DNA of 48,064 nucleotides. It comes from Candidatus Aphodousia sp. Its GTDB lineage: Bacteria; Pseudomonadota; Gammaproteobacteria; Burkholderiales; Burkholderiaceae_F. The notes beneath the pieces are model-generated. The model made no database searches and was not told the origin of the DNA. It saw nothing but the letters and a program-made list of their open reading frames with translations. This document shows positions 32,155-41,668 of this stretch, one piece after another. Numbering within the stretch: position 1 is the first letter of the stretch; every line of letters begins with the position of its first letter. The stretch is taken from contig DBFZTP010000044.1 in NCBI GenBank assembly GCA_048520025.1, positions 1 to 48,064 on the forward strand. The letters are read 5' to 3'. The position numbers were made by a program, and so were the translations under genes.

Positions 32155-32649
32155 TTACTTCTCAGTGCTTGTTTGGGCCTCGGCCTCTTCTTCTTCGCGG
32201 CTCTTCATCGAGATACGAACGGTCGGAGGCGGTGCTTTTGCGTCTTCAGCCGTCTTGCCCCAAATGCCCAACAAATCGTCTTGCGTGGGAACGGCACCGG
32301 CGGCAACGGTTGCACGACGAGCCGTCACGGATTCGCGAACAATCTTTTCAATGATGTCCAAGGGGATACGATTTAAGTCAGGGAAAAAGAGACTTTGACG
32401 CTCAAGATCCACTTGGATGAACTTGTCGCTGAAGGACTCGATCACGCTCTTCTCAGCAACGAACAACGTCATGTCTTTTTCGCCCGATTCGAGAGCAAAA
32501 AGAGGGCCTTGCAATTCATAAAATGCCAAAGACTGACGCATGCTCTCACGAACACCTCGTGCAGAACGACGAATTAAACTGCAGATTTTTGCCATCGCGA
32601 CACGACGATCGGTCGGAAGGCTCTGAAGGTAATCACCAACGGTCGCCAT
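32155..32649 (-). CDS. DUF1801/YdhG-like protein with a C-terminal low-complexity tail
   Basis: TVGDYLQSLP...LIRR...ESM...FY N-terminal pattern and IPLDIIEKIV; host-like codon usage. Confidence 0.6.
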   Translation of the reverse strand: MATVGDYLQSLPTDRRVAMAKICSLIRRSARGVRESMRQSLAFYELQGPLFALESGEKDMTLFVAEKSVIESFSDKFIQVDLERQSLFFPDLNRIPLDIIEKIVRESVTARRATVAAGAVPTQDDLLGIWGKTAEDAKAPPPTVRISMKSREEEEAEAQTSTEK

Positions 32650-32715
32650 CTTCTAAATACCCTTGAAATAATTTATCAAAATAGTCTTCAATTGTAGCTA
32701 AATTGGCTTGATTTT

Positions 32716-33234
32716 TCAAGGTATTTGGTCTATTTTTAAGCGATAAAAGACGAAGTCCGCCGTGAAGGGGACTCTTGCCAATTGACCTCTTTTTTCTTTA
32801 GTGCACTTTGTTGTGGGCACACCACCTTTGGCATTTAAGCGTTGGACGTATTGAATTTGAGACAATCGCCCGTAACCATCTCTAGCGGCAACAGCAAATA
32901 GGGCGTCCGGTAAAGCATTATTGCCTTGAGGAGCAGAAGATACAATGCGGGTGGTCAGGCGAGAACCGTCGTTATGAACAAACGTGAAGTTATAACCGTG
33001 TTTAGCAACGGCTTGGTTTGTTTGTGGGTCGAAAAGGTAAGCGTTAGGGGCTTCAAATTTCCAATACCAACCACGAGCGTCAATTAAACATCGAAAGACT
33101 TGTTCACCGGAGGCTTCTAATCGGAAAGCTTCTTCAGAAGCTTCGGGAGGCATAACCGAGGGTGGTTTTACCGAAGAACATGCACACAACGTGGCCGTGA
33201 TAGCGATTAGTGACAAGCGAAATAGTGAGCGCAT
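32716..33234 (-). CDS. DUF3455-like lipoprotein
   Basis: MRSLFRL...LCAC lipobox, ASGEQVFRC, W.F.AP.A.L, YVQRLNAKGGVP, VPFTADFVFY. Confidence 0.75.
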   Translation of the reverse strand: MRSLFRLSLIAITATLCACSSVKPPSVMPPEASEEAFRLEASGEQVFRCLIDARGWYWKFEAPNAYLFDPQTNQAVAKHGYNFTFVHNDGSRLTTRIVSSAPQGNNALPDALFAVAARDGYGRLSQIQYVQRLNAKGGVPTTKCTKEKRGQLARVPFTADFVFYRLKIDQIP

Positions 33235-33260
33235 TTTTGTCTCATGAAATAAGAATGAAT

Positions 33261-33335
33261 CAACACCATTAAAGTTTACGGCAATTCCGTACGCCATATA
33301 AGTCTTCAAATTGTTACAGTTTATGGTGTGCAATC
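33261..33335 (+). ncRNA. Candidate cis-regulatory structured RNA (riboswitch-like leader) of the SMR pair
   Basis: Outer stem ACACCAT(T)AAA/TTTATGGTGT, inner hairpin TACGG-CAATT-CCGTA, loop complementary to AATTG at 33309. Confidence 0.5.
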
Positions 33336-33389
33336 GACATGAAATATAAATCGGTTAAGATCAAATTTTCTTTTAAAGAAGAAAATCAT

Positions 33390-33725
33390 ATGCATTGGAT
33401 TATTCTGATTATCGCTGGCTTATTTGAATCCGCTTTCGCTTTTTGTCTGGGAATGATGAAAGGGACGGTGGGGACTGCCTATTATTTATGGGGCGGTAGC
33501 TTTTTATTGAGTCTTTTTCTGAGTATGGTGCTATTGGCTTACGCTACGAAAGAGCTACCAATTGGCACTGCCTATCCTGTTTGGACGGGAATCGGGGCTG
33601 TGGGGACAGTGCTTTTAGGCATAGTGTTTTTTAATGAACCGGCCACTTTTTTACGTCTATTTTTTATTACGACCCTGATTGCTTCAATTGTGGGCTTAAA
33701 AATGGTTTCCCACGAGAGGGGTTAA
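33390..33725 (+). CDS. sugE: SMR family exporter, SugE/Gdx-like (copy 1)
   Basis: WIILIIAGLFE membrane Glu, LPIGTAYPVWTGIG, GLK end; start set to MHWII at 33390. Confidence 0.85.
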   Translation: MHWIILIIAGLFESAFAFCLGMMKGTVGTAYYLWGGSFLLSLFLSMVLLAYATKELPIGTAYPVWTGIGAVGTVLLGIVFFNEPATFLRLFFITTLIASIVGLKMVSHERG

Positions 33726-33728
33726 GCG

Positions 33729-34052
33729 ATGGATTGGTTCATTCTCGTTGTGGCCGGTTTCTTTGAGGCAGCTTTTGCCTTTTGTCTTGGCAAACTCAAA
33801 GGGACGCAGGGACTTTATCACCGATTGTGGTTGTTGGGGTTCATGGTTTGCTTAACAATCAGTATGTGGTTATTGGCCGTAGCAGTTCAAACCTTGCCGA
33901 TTGGGACAGCTTATCCTGTTTGGACGGGGATCGGTGCGGTCGGAACAGTCCTTTTAGGGATTCTTGTTTTTGGTGAACGCGCCTCTTTTGCCCGATTATT
34001 TTTCATCTCCACTTTGATTGCTTCAGTGATTGGACTAAAAGCAGTGGCTTAA
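33729..34052 (+). CDS. sugE: SMR family exporter, SugE/Gdx-like (copy 2)
   Basis: WFILVVAGFFE, LPIGTAYPVWTGIG; starts 3 nt after copy 1. Confidence 0.85.
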   Translation: MDWFILVVAGFFEAAFAFCLGKLKGTQGLYHRLWLLGFMVCLTISMWLLAVAVQTLPIGTAYPVWTGIGAVGTVLLGILVFGERASFARLFFISTLIASVIGLKAVA

Positions 34053-34278
34053 AGTTCAACAACTTTTTGAAATTCTAATTTTCTACCTCTTTTGGCTTTT
34101 CTCTAGGCATAAAAGCCTAACAGCTTGAAGTTCGTCATAGGGCGAAAGCCCTAGCCAATGACGAATTTGCTTGATAAAGCAACAGTCGAGTGAATAAAAC
34201 TTGTTATGGTTAGGTTAAGTTTTTTGGCCAGGTTCGCCAAGACTTCGATTTAACTCAAAATAAGAAGAAGATTCTATT

Positions 34279-35544
34279 ATGCCCAAACGTATCATGATCA
34301 AATTTGCGATGCCCTTCTTGCAGGCTTCGCTTGTTAAACAAATTCTTGTCGCCCTGATTTTGGGGGTCGGCTGTGCCTATATTTTCCCGCAGCTTGCGAT
34401 TTCGAGTGCCTTTTTAGGGACTCTTTTCATTTCTGCATTAAAGGCCGTTGCTCCGCTTTTGGTGTTTGTATTGGTGATGTCTGCCATTGCCAATCACGAT
34501 GTCGAAACGAAGGCCCACATTAAGCCCGTGATTGTCCTCTATGTCATTGGGACTTTTGGTGCAGCGTTGATTGCTGTGACGGTGAGCTACTTCATCCCGA
34601 CTCAAATCATGTTGGTGACTAACGATGCACAAGTGTCTTCCCCGGGCGGCGTGCTTGAAGTTATGCGCAATATGTTGTTGTCTGTCTTCGATAACCCAGT
34701 CAATGCTTTATTAAAGGGTAATTACATCGGTATCTTGGCATGGGCTACGGGTTTAGGCGTGGCATTGCGTCATGCTTCTGACTCCTCGCGTCAATTCATG
34801 GCGGACTTGTCCCGTGGTGTTGAGTTTGTGGTGAGCGTTGTGATTCGCTTGGCACCTTTTGGTATCTTCGGTTTGGTTTCGGGTACTGTAGCCACGACGG
34901 GTATTGAAGTCTTTGAAGGCTACTTGCAATTGTTGGTCGTTTTGTTGGGCTGCATGCTCTTTGTCGCCTTGGTTCTTAACCCCTTCTTGGTTTGGTGCTG
35001 CATTCGCAAAAATCCCTATCCTTTGACGATTGCCACGCTTCGCGAAAGTGGTGTGATGGCTTTCTTTACGCGCTCGTCGGCTGCAAACATTCCCGTGAAC
35101 CTGGGGATGTGCCGTCGTTTGAATTTGGATGAAGGCACCTACTCCATCACGATTCCTTTAGGCGCTACTATCAATATGGCTGGTGCTGCCATTACGATTA
35201 CGGTTTTAACGTTGGCGGCAGCCCACAGTTTGAACATTGAAGTGAGTTTCTGGACGGCTCTCATTTTAAGTTTCATCGCTTCTGTTTGTGCTTGCGGTGC
35301 CTCTGGCGTGCCGGGTGGCTCCTTAATGTTGATCCCCTTGGCTTGCGGTTTATTCGGCATTGATGCAACGGTAGCCATGGAAGTGGTTGCAGTTGGCTTT
35401 ATCATCGGTGTTTTGCAAGACTCGGCTGAAACGGCTTTGAATTCTTCCTCTGACGTTTTGTTTACGGCGGCTGCTTGTATGCGCGCAGAACGCATCGCTG
35501 TCGAAGAAGATCGTCACGGTCGTGACGTTCGTGAGTTACGTTAA
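34279..35544 (+). CDS. sstT: Serine/threonine transporter SstT (DAACS family)
   Basis: [61 protein letters not shown]; exact start uncertain. Confidence 0.93.
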   Translation: MPKRIMIKFAMPFLQASLVKQILVALILGVGCAYIFPQLAISSAFLGTLFISALKAVAPLLVFVLVMSAIANHDVETKAHIKPVIVLYVIGTFGAALIAVTVSYFIPTQIMLVTNDAQVSSPGGVLEVMRNMLLSVFDNPVNALLKGNYIGILAWATGLGVALRHASDSSRQFMADLSRGVEFVVSVVIRLAPFGIFGLVSGTVATTGIEVFEGYLQLLVVLLGCMLFVALVLNPFLVWCCIRKNPYPLTIATLRESGVMAFFTRSSAANIPVNLGMCRRLNLDEGTYSITIPLGATINMAGAAITITVLTLAAAHSLNIEVSFWTALILSFIASVCACGASGVPGGSLMLIPLACGLFGIDATVAMEVVAVGFIIGVLQDSAETALNSSSDVLFTAAACMRAERIAVEEDRHGRDVRELR

Positions 35545-35553
35545 AACGAAAAA

Positions 35554-35631
35554 GAGGTATCGCTAGTTTTTCTGCGATACCTCCAAACAAATAAAAGACG
35601 GGAACTTCTTTTGATAGAGGTTCCCGTTTTT
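35554..35631. terminator. Two tandem hairpins terminating convergent sstT and iadA
   Basis: GAGGTATCGC...GCGATACCTC (35554-35583) and AAAAGACGGGAACTTCT...AGAGGTTCCCGTTTTT (35593-35631). Confidence 0.8.
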
Positions 35632-35642
35632 GCTAAGGCAAA

Positions 35643-36785
35643 TTAGGCTTCGAAGTTGCCCAACTTGACGCTTTGACCACCTTGAACCCAGACAACGCCG
35701 CGAGCCATCACGGTGTCAACATCCAAGTCCTTCGTCAAAACACAAAGGTTAGCCGTAGCGCCAACATTAACGCGAGCTTCCTTAACACCCAAAGAGTCAG
35801 CCACGTTAGACGTGGTCATCATTAAAGCGGTTTCAAAATCAATGCCACCAGCGACCATTTCCTTGAGCATGGAGTGGTTAGCATTGACAGGAGCGGCCAC
35901 GATAGCAATCATGTTGCCGTTTTCGTCAAACTTCGGCATGGAACCGTTACCGTCAGAGCTCATCGTGATGCGAGAGCGATCAACACCGGCCTTCAAAACG
36001 CGTTCGACGCATTCGACAAACGGATAGACGTTGCCGCCACCCGAGGTGATGTCAATCACGCCACCCTTCTTGGCAAATTCGATGGCTTGTTCGAACAACT
36101 TCGGCTCACGACCCGTGTGCGTCGGAGAGAAGTGATGGCGAGCCAAACCACGAGCAATTAAGCGTTCGAATTGTTCATAGGCACCACCGAAGTCACCCAA
36201 GTGAACGTGCAAGACACCCTTCTTACCGGAAAGCATACCGCCCATACGAACGTCAGCAACAAGCTTGAGCATTTCATCGTCCGTGGGGAAGGAGCAACGG
36301 TGGTCAGCCAAGGCGATCTTCACGCCAAGCACAGGTTCCACAGCAATGATGTCCTTACGAGCATTGCCCGTAATCGTGGGAGACGGGAATTGGTAAGAGC
36401 CCGTATGCATGAAAGCGGTCAAACCTTCTTGGCGCAAGCCCATGACCTTAGCATAGAGTTCTTCCGGGAATTTCGTCGTACCTTCCGTTCCCATGACGCC
36501 GCAAACCGTGGTGACACCGGCACGCAATAGCTGGGACGGCATGACGGGCGGCACTCGCGTTGCAGGACCGCCTTCGCCACCACCACCCGTTAAGTGAACG
36601 TGTTGATCAAAAAAGCCCGGCGTAACCGTGGCACCTTGAACATCAATCACTTCCACTTCACCGGGGAATTTGTAGGCATCAAGACTATCTTCGATGGCAA
36701 CAATCTTGTCACCGCAAATCAAGATGTCTTTCTTGCCGACAGGGGCCGGGGTGTAGAGGTTGGCATTCTTAATGATTTTGAACAT
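35643..36785 (-). CDS. iadA: Isoaspartyl dipeptidase (beta-aspartyl peptidase)
   Basis: DQHVHLTGGGGEGG, GVKIALADHRCSFP, HVHLGD, PTH, SSDGNGSMP; start set to MFKII at 36785. Confidence 0.93.
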   Translation of the reverse strand: MFKIIKNANLYTPAPVGKKDILICGDKIVAIEDSLDAYKFPGEVEVIDVQGATVTPGFFDQHVHLTGGGGEGGPATRVPPVMPSQLLRAGVTTVCGVMGTEGTTKFPEELYAKVMGLRQEGLTAFMHTGSYQFPSPTITGNARKDIIAVEPVLGVKIALADHRCSFPTDDEMLKLVADVRMGGMLSGKKGVLHVHLGDFGGAYEQFERLIARGLARHHFSPTHTGREPKLFEQAIEFAKKGGVIDITSGGGNVYPFVECVERVLKAGVDRSRITMSSDGNGSMPKFDENGNMIAIVAAPVNANHSMLKEMVAGGIDFETALMMTTSNVADSLGVKEARVNVGATANLCVLTKDLDVDTVMARGVVWVQGGQSVKLGNFEA

Positions 36786-37017
36786 GGGAGCAGATCCTTT
36801 CGAAATCAAACAAAAAACAAACTGACCACTTCCCGATTGTGGAGAAATCGGGATGGATTAGGAAGGGATGGGATATCAATTCAAGACGCATCGTTTTGCG
36901 CCGATGTTACCCTTTCCGTTTCTTCATTGTAGCCTATTCGTAATCCGATCATATACAGGTGAAATACCGAGTATTTCTCAGCGTAGGTATACTGTCGGAG
37001 TTCAATTGATTTCTCAG

Positions 37018-38826
37018 ATGACTAGCGAAGAAATATTAAAGAAGTATTTTGGCTATGACGCTTTTCGTGGCGTTCAAAAAGATGTGATCGATACCGCGGT
37101 TGCAGGCCAAGATGCTTTAGTTCTCATGCCGACAGGGGGCGGGAAAAGCCTCTGTTATCAGATCCCTGCGCTTATGCGCCCGGGGCTGGCCGTTGTCGTC
37201 TCTCCGCTCATTGCTCTGATGAAAGATCAGGTCGATCAACTCAACGATGCCGGCGTCAGTGCTGTGGCCATCAACTCATCGCTCACCAACGATGAGGCAC
37301 GTGACATCTATCGTCGTTTGCGTCAAGGAACGGTCAAGCTTCTCTATGTTGCACCTGAGCGGCTTTTAAAGCCAAGCATGTTGGATTTCTTGGAAACGCT
37401 TGAGGTCAATCTCTTTGCGGTTGATGAGGCCCACTGCATTTCTGTCTGGGGGCATGATTTCCGACCTGAATACCAGCAGTTAGATATCCTTCGCACTCGC
37501 TTCCCTCAAGCCCCGAGAATGGCCCTCACGGCAACAGCTGATGAACAAACCCGTCAAGAAATCGTGGATCGTTTACTCATTAACCCCAAGCGATTTATCA
37601 CGAGTTTTGATCGTCCGAATATTCGTTACCGTATGTATGAAAAGGGACAAGGCTACTTAGATCAAGCGGTCAATTTCATTTTGGGCGAGCATTTGCACGA
37701 GTCGGGGATTATTTATTGCGCAACACGCCGTCGAACCGAAGAGGTCGCAGAACTTCTTCAAAGTCGAGGTATTGATGCGCTCATTTATCACGCGGGGTTA
37801 AGCGCAGAAGAGCGAGAGTTAAACCAAAGAGCATTCTTTGAACGCCCCTGTGTTATGGTCGCGACTATTGCCTTTGGGATGGGCATTGATAAGCCGGATG
37901 TGCGCTTTATTATCCATGTGGATATGCCAAGGTCGATTGAAAACTATTTCCAAGAAACCGGTCGAGCGGGGCGTGATGGTTTACCGTCAGAGGCCGTTTT
38001 GTTTTACGGACTGGAAGACGTTGTTCAGCAACGCTACTTTTTAGAAAATAGTGATGCAGAAGAACTTCACAAACAAGTCTGTTTTCATAAACTCGACAGC
38101 ATGTTGGGATTGGCAGAGGCTGTGAGTTGTCGCCGTGAATTACTGTTGTCTTATTTCGGTGAACACTCTCAAGCTTGTGGCAACTGTGACAATTGTGAGA
38201 ATCCGCCTCAGACAAAAGATGCGTCAAAGGACGCTCAAAAGCTATTGTCGTGTATTTACCGATGTGCGAAGACCAATCAAATGGGATTCGGTGCATCACA
38301 CGTCATTAATGTCTTAAGGGGAGTAGCGACCGATAAGGTCTTTGAAAAAGACCATCATGAACTCCCAACGTTTGGTATTGGGAAAGAGCACTCACTTAAA
38401 TATTGGCGAAAGATTCTTCGCCAGCTGATCACGCGTCACTACGTTGATGTGAACTACGATTGCTATAACGTTTTAAGCGTCAACGCCAAAGCCAAGGCCC
38501 TATTAAAAGGCGAGGAATCATTCTTCGTACGTATTGACGGGCATAAGCAGCTCAGCAGTCGCAAGGTCTATGATCACGATGATTTGACCGATCAAGAGCA
38601 AAAACTCTTCCAAGTTTTAAGACGTTGGCGCAGTGACATGGCGCACGAAAAGGGTTTGGCTGCCTACAACATTTTCCCCGACAAAACGCTTGTTCAAATT
38701 GTGCGAAGAAAGCCGAGAAAGCCCGAACAGTTGGAAGGAATTTGTGGGATCGGTGAAAAACGCATCGAAAATTACGGTGCAGACGTCTGCCAAGTTATCG
38801 ATGGTTGGCTTGCTGCAGTCTCTTAA
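37018..38826 (+). CDS. recQ: DNA helicase RecQ
   Basis: MPTGGGKSLCYQ, DEAHC.S.WGHDFRPEY, QETGRAGRDG, CGNCDNC, HRDC domain; start set to 37018. Confidence 0.96.
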   Translation: MTSEEILKKYFGYDAFRGVQKDVIDTAVAGQDALVLMPTGGGKSLCYQIPALMRPGLAVVVSPLIALMKDQVDQLNDAGVSAVAINSSLTNDEARDIYRRLRQGTVKLLYVAPERLLKPSMLDFLETLEVNLFAVDEAHCISVWGHDFRPEYQQLDILRTRFPQAPRMALTATADEQTRQEIVDRLLINPKRFITSFDRPNIRYRMYEKGQGYLDQAVNFILGEHLHESGIIYCATRRRTEEVAELLQSRGIDALIYHAGLSAEERELNQRAFFERPCVMVATIAFGMGIDKPDVRFIIHVDMPRSIENYFQETGRAGRDGLPSEAVLFYGLEDVVQQRYFLENSDAEELHKQVCFHKLDSMLGLAEAVSCRRELLLSYFGEHSQACGNCDNCENPPQTKDASKDAQKLLSCIYRCAKTNQMGFGASHVINVLRGVATDKVFEKDHHELPTFGIGKEHSLKYWRKILRQLITRHYVDVNYDCYNVLSVNAKAKALLKGEESFFVRIDGHKQLSSRKVYDHDDLTDQEQKLFQVLRRWRSDMAHEKGLAAYNIFPDKTLVQIVRRKPRKPEQLEGICGIGEKRIENYGADVCQVIDGWLAAVS

Positions 38827-38831
38827 AATAA

Positions 38832-38861
38832 TAAAGCCGAAGGAGAAAACCTTCGGCTTTA
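38832..38861. terminator. Bidirectional terminator between recQ and the SDR gene
   Basis: TAAAGCCGAAGG-AGAAAA-CCTTCGGCTTTA. Confidence 0.8.
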
Positions 38862-38864
38862 AAA

Positions 38865-39641
38865 TTAAGCACGATGAATTTCGGAGTTGCGAGGCTTTTG
38901 CTTACGATTGCCGAAAATCTTGTCAAAAAGACAGTTTGGAATCATTCGCAAGATCTTAGAGACAACGCCCATTTGCCACGGAATCGTGGCGTAGGTGCGT
39001 TTAGCCATAATGGCATCAGCTGCGCGCTTGGCGAACTCTTCCGGTGTCAAAATAAAGGGCATCGGGTACGGATTGACGTCTGTCAAAGGCGTTTTGACAA
39101 AGCCCGGGCTAATCGTTAAGACGTCTACACCATGCTTTTTCATTTCAACACGCAAGCTTTCGCAGTACGTAATCACGGCGGATTTGCTTGAGCAGTAAGC
39201 TTCGGTGCCGGGCATGCCACGAATACCGCCAACACTACCGATACCCACGAGGGTGCCGTGTTTGCGTTCAATCATCGGTTCGATAAAGGCATGGAAGGTC
39301 GTCGCCATTGAAAAGACGTTGGTTTGATAGACCTTTTCCATCACGGCCAAGTCTTCGTAATATTGCGTCTTGACGCCGACACTGATGCCAGCGTTGGCAA
39401 TCACAATATCGGCACCGCCGACTTCTTCATCGAATTCACGCGCCATGGCAATCAATCGATCACGATCGGTCACGTCACAGGCGTAAGCCTTGTGTTGCTC
39501 TGCGTTGGGGAGCGTTGCGATCAATTCCTTGATCGGGTCTAAACGGCGAGCAACTAACCCTAAAGTTGCCCCGCGGGAGGCAAACTCTTTGGCTAATGCA
39601 GCGCCAATGCCGCTCGAAGCACCGGTAATAAAAACTTTCAT
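38865..39641 (-). CDS. Short-chain dehydrogenase/reductase
   Basis: TGASSGIG, ANAGIS, YCSSK catalytic motif; start set to MKVFI at 39641. Confidence 0.92.
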   Translation of the reverse strand: MKVFITGASSGIGAALAKEFASRGATLGLVARRLDPIKELIATLPNAEQHKAYACDVTDRDRLIAMAREFDEEVGGADIVIANAGISVGVKTQYYEDLAVMEKVYQTNVFSMATTFHAFIEPMIERKHGTLVGIGSVGGIRGMPGTEAYCSSKSAVITYCESLRVEMKKHGVDVLTISPGFVKTPLTDVNPYPMPFILTPEEFAKRAADAIMAKRTYATIPWQMGVVSKILRMIPNCLFDKIFGNRKQKPRNSEIHRA

Positions 39642-39642
39642 C

Positions 39643-41031
39643 TTAAATCTCAAACGGGAGAGTGATCGTACTGTCAACAGACTTAAGAGCTTCACCGAAG
39701 CGCTTTTGAATGCGAGCTAAAGCTTCCTTGGTGTCACCCTCTAAGCGCAACACAACGACCGGGGTCGTATTGGAGGAACGAGCCAAGGCAAAGCCATCTT
39801 CCCATTCCACACGGATACCGTCAATTTTGATGATATCGGTTGCATCGTCAAAATGCAGTTCTTCTTGCAAACGTTGCACAAAACGCTTGTTTTCGCCTTC
39901 AGCCATCTCAATGTGCAATTCGGGCGTATTCACGGCCGTCGGAAGGGCTTCCAAAACGTCAGACGGATTGGCGTGACGAGACAAAATTTCCAAAATGCGA
40001 GCGCCTGCGTACAAGCCGTCATCAAAGCCAGGCCAGCGTTCATCGTTAAAGAACAAGTGACCGCTCATTTCACCTGCAAACGGGGCCTGCGTTTCTTTGA
40101 GCTTAGCTTTGACCAAGGAGTGACCGGTGCAGCAAATGGTAGGAATGCCACCGTGATTTTTGATCCACGGCACCAAACGACGGGTGCACTTGACGTCATA
40201 GATGATGCGTTCACCCGGGTGACGTTCAAGAATGTCAGCAGCAAAAAGCATCATTTGACGGTCTGGGTAGATGATTTGGCCAGATTTGGTCACAACGCCC
40301 AAGCGGTCGCCGTCACCGTCAAAAGCCAATCCCAATTCAACGTCAGAGGTCTTGACGCATTCGATAAGGTCTTGAAGGTTGGCGGGCTTAGACGGATCCG
40401 GATGGTGATTGGGGAAATGACCATCGATATCGGCAAATAATGCCGTAACTTCACAACCCAAACGCTTAAAGAGTTCAACAGCCATTGGGCCGGTGACGCC
40501 ATTGCCGCAGTCAATAGCAACCTTCATCGGGCGAGCTAATTTGACGTCAGAGGTCACTTTATCCATGTAAGGGGTGACAACATCAATTTCTTCAATGCTG
40601 CCTTTTTTCTCACTAGAGGCAATGCCAGCTTCAATGCGTTGACGCAAGGATTGAATGCCTTCGCCAAAAAGCGTTTCCTTAGCCATCATCATCTTTAACC
40701 CATTGTATTCAGGCGGGTTATGAGAGCCGGTGACAGCAACGCCGGAACCTGTTCCAGTTAAAACAGTAGCAAAGTACAAAACCGGGGTGGGAGTCAAGCC
40801 GATGGACTTAACATTGACGCCTTGATCGGTGATCCCTTGCATTAGGCTTTCGGAGAGTTTGGGGCCGGATAAACGACCATCACGACCGACACACATCGTG
40901 TCAACGCCTTTTTCTTTAGCTAAAGCGCCAAGTGCTTGGCCAATAGCAAAGGCGGCTTGCGTCGTGAGCGTCTTATCTACCACGCCACGAATGTCATAAG
41001 CTTTAAAAATCGAAGCATCAATTTGCATCAC
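39643..41031 (-). CDS. Phosphomannomutase/phosphoglucomutase (AlgC-type)
   Basis: FKAYDIRG, TGSHNP, FDGDGDR, GEMSGH, RSSNT. Confidence 0.95.
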   Translation of the reverse strand: MMQIDASIFKAYDIRGVVDKTLTTQAAFAIGQALGALAKEKGVDTMCVGRDGRLSGPKLSESLMQGITDQGVNVKSIGLTPTPVLYFATVLTGTGSGVAVTGSHNPPEYNGLKMMMAKETLFGEGIQSLRQRIEAGIASSEKKGSIEEIDVVTPYMDKVTSDVKLARPMKVAIDCGNGVTGPMAVELFKRLGCEVTALFADIDGHFPNHHPDPSKPANLQDLIECVKTSDVELGLAFDGDGDRLGVVTKSGQIIYPDRQMMLFAADILERHPGERIIYDVKCTRRLVPWIKNHGGIPTICCTGHSLVKAKLKETQAPFAGEMSGHLFFNDERWPGFDDGLYAGARILEILSRHANPSDVLEALPTAVNTPELHIEMAEGENKRFVQRLQEELHFDDATDIIKIDGIRVEWEDGFALARSSNTTPVVVLRLEGDTKEALARIQKRFGEALKSVDSTITLPFEI

Positions 41032-41042
41032 AACACCTCTTA

Positions 41043-41666
41043 TTAATGTTTTCTTTGGCGTTCTTTGCGCTCTTTATCGATGAGCCAGTTAAGAACTTCC
41101 ATTGATTTCTGACGAGAGCCTGCCAAATGGGGGGCTGTTAAGTATTTACCGGCTACGCCGATATACGGCGTAGCGTCTAATTGGTAGTCTTGCCAACGTT
41201 GAGCAGCTTGCTTAGTGCTCATATTGACTGCAAACGAATTGTAGAGTTTGTCCCATTCGTTTAAATCAACTTTATTTTGAGTCAACCACGCTGTTAAGCT
41301 ATCCGAACTCGTAATCTTCCCGCCCATGATGTCTTGCCAAAAAAGCGGATGAAGGTCTTCTAAGCGACCCAAGGCATCAAAAGTGAAGTACACACGGGCT
41401 AAGAATTCTGTGGACTCATCCCAAGCTACGGGGCTGCGCACCAAAGTGACATCGTTAGGGATCTTTTTTGCCCACTCTTCAATCAAAGGAGATAGACGGA
41501 AGCAGTGACCGCAGGTGTATGAGAAAAAATCGACAACTTCGATTTTCTCGGATGAAGACGGGGCTACGGGCTTAATTAAAATATAGTCTTTGCCTTCAAC
41601 GGGTTCGGCAGCGATGGCTACAGAACCCATGCAAAGCGCTAATAAACCGAAAATCCAATGACGCAT
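41043..41666 (-). CDS. dsbA: Thiol:disulfide interchange protein, DsbA family
   Basis: Signal peptide, EGKDY, FFSYTCGHCF active site, ATP cis-Pro loop, GKY. Confidence 0.88.
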   Translation of the reverse strand: MRHWIFGLLALCMGSVAIAAEPVEGKDYILIKPVAPSSSEKIEVVDFFSYTCGHCFRLSPLIEEWAKKIPNDVTLVRSPVAWDESTEFLARVYFTFDALGRLEDLHPLFWQDIMGGKITSSDSLTAWLTQNKVDLNEWDKLYNSFAVNMSTKQAAQRWQDYQLDATPYIGVAGKYLTAPHLAGSRQKSMEVLNWLIDKERKERQRKH

Positions 41667-41668
41667 AA

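Noticed and set aside
36868..37017. N-terminal extension of RecQ in the ORF track (likewise folE2, SDR, DUF3455, ubiE, SMR copy 1)
   Set aside because: Longest-ORF artefacts; family similarity begins at downstream starts and the extensions cover promoter DNA or neighbouring genes
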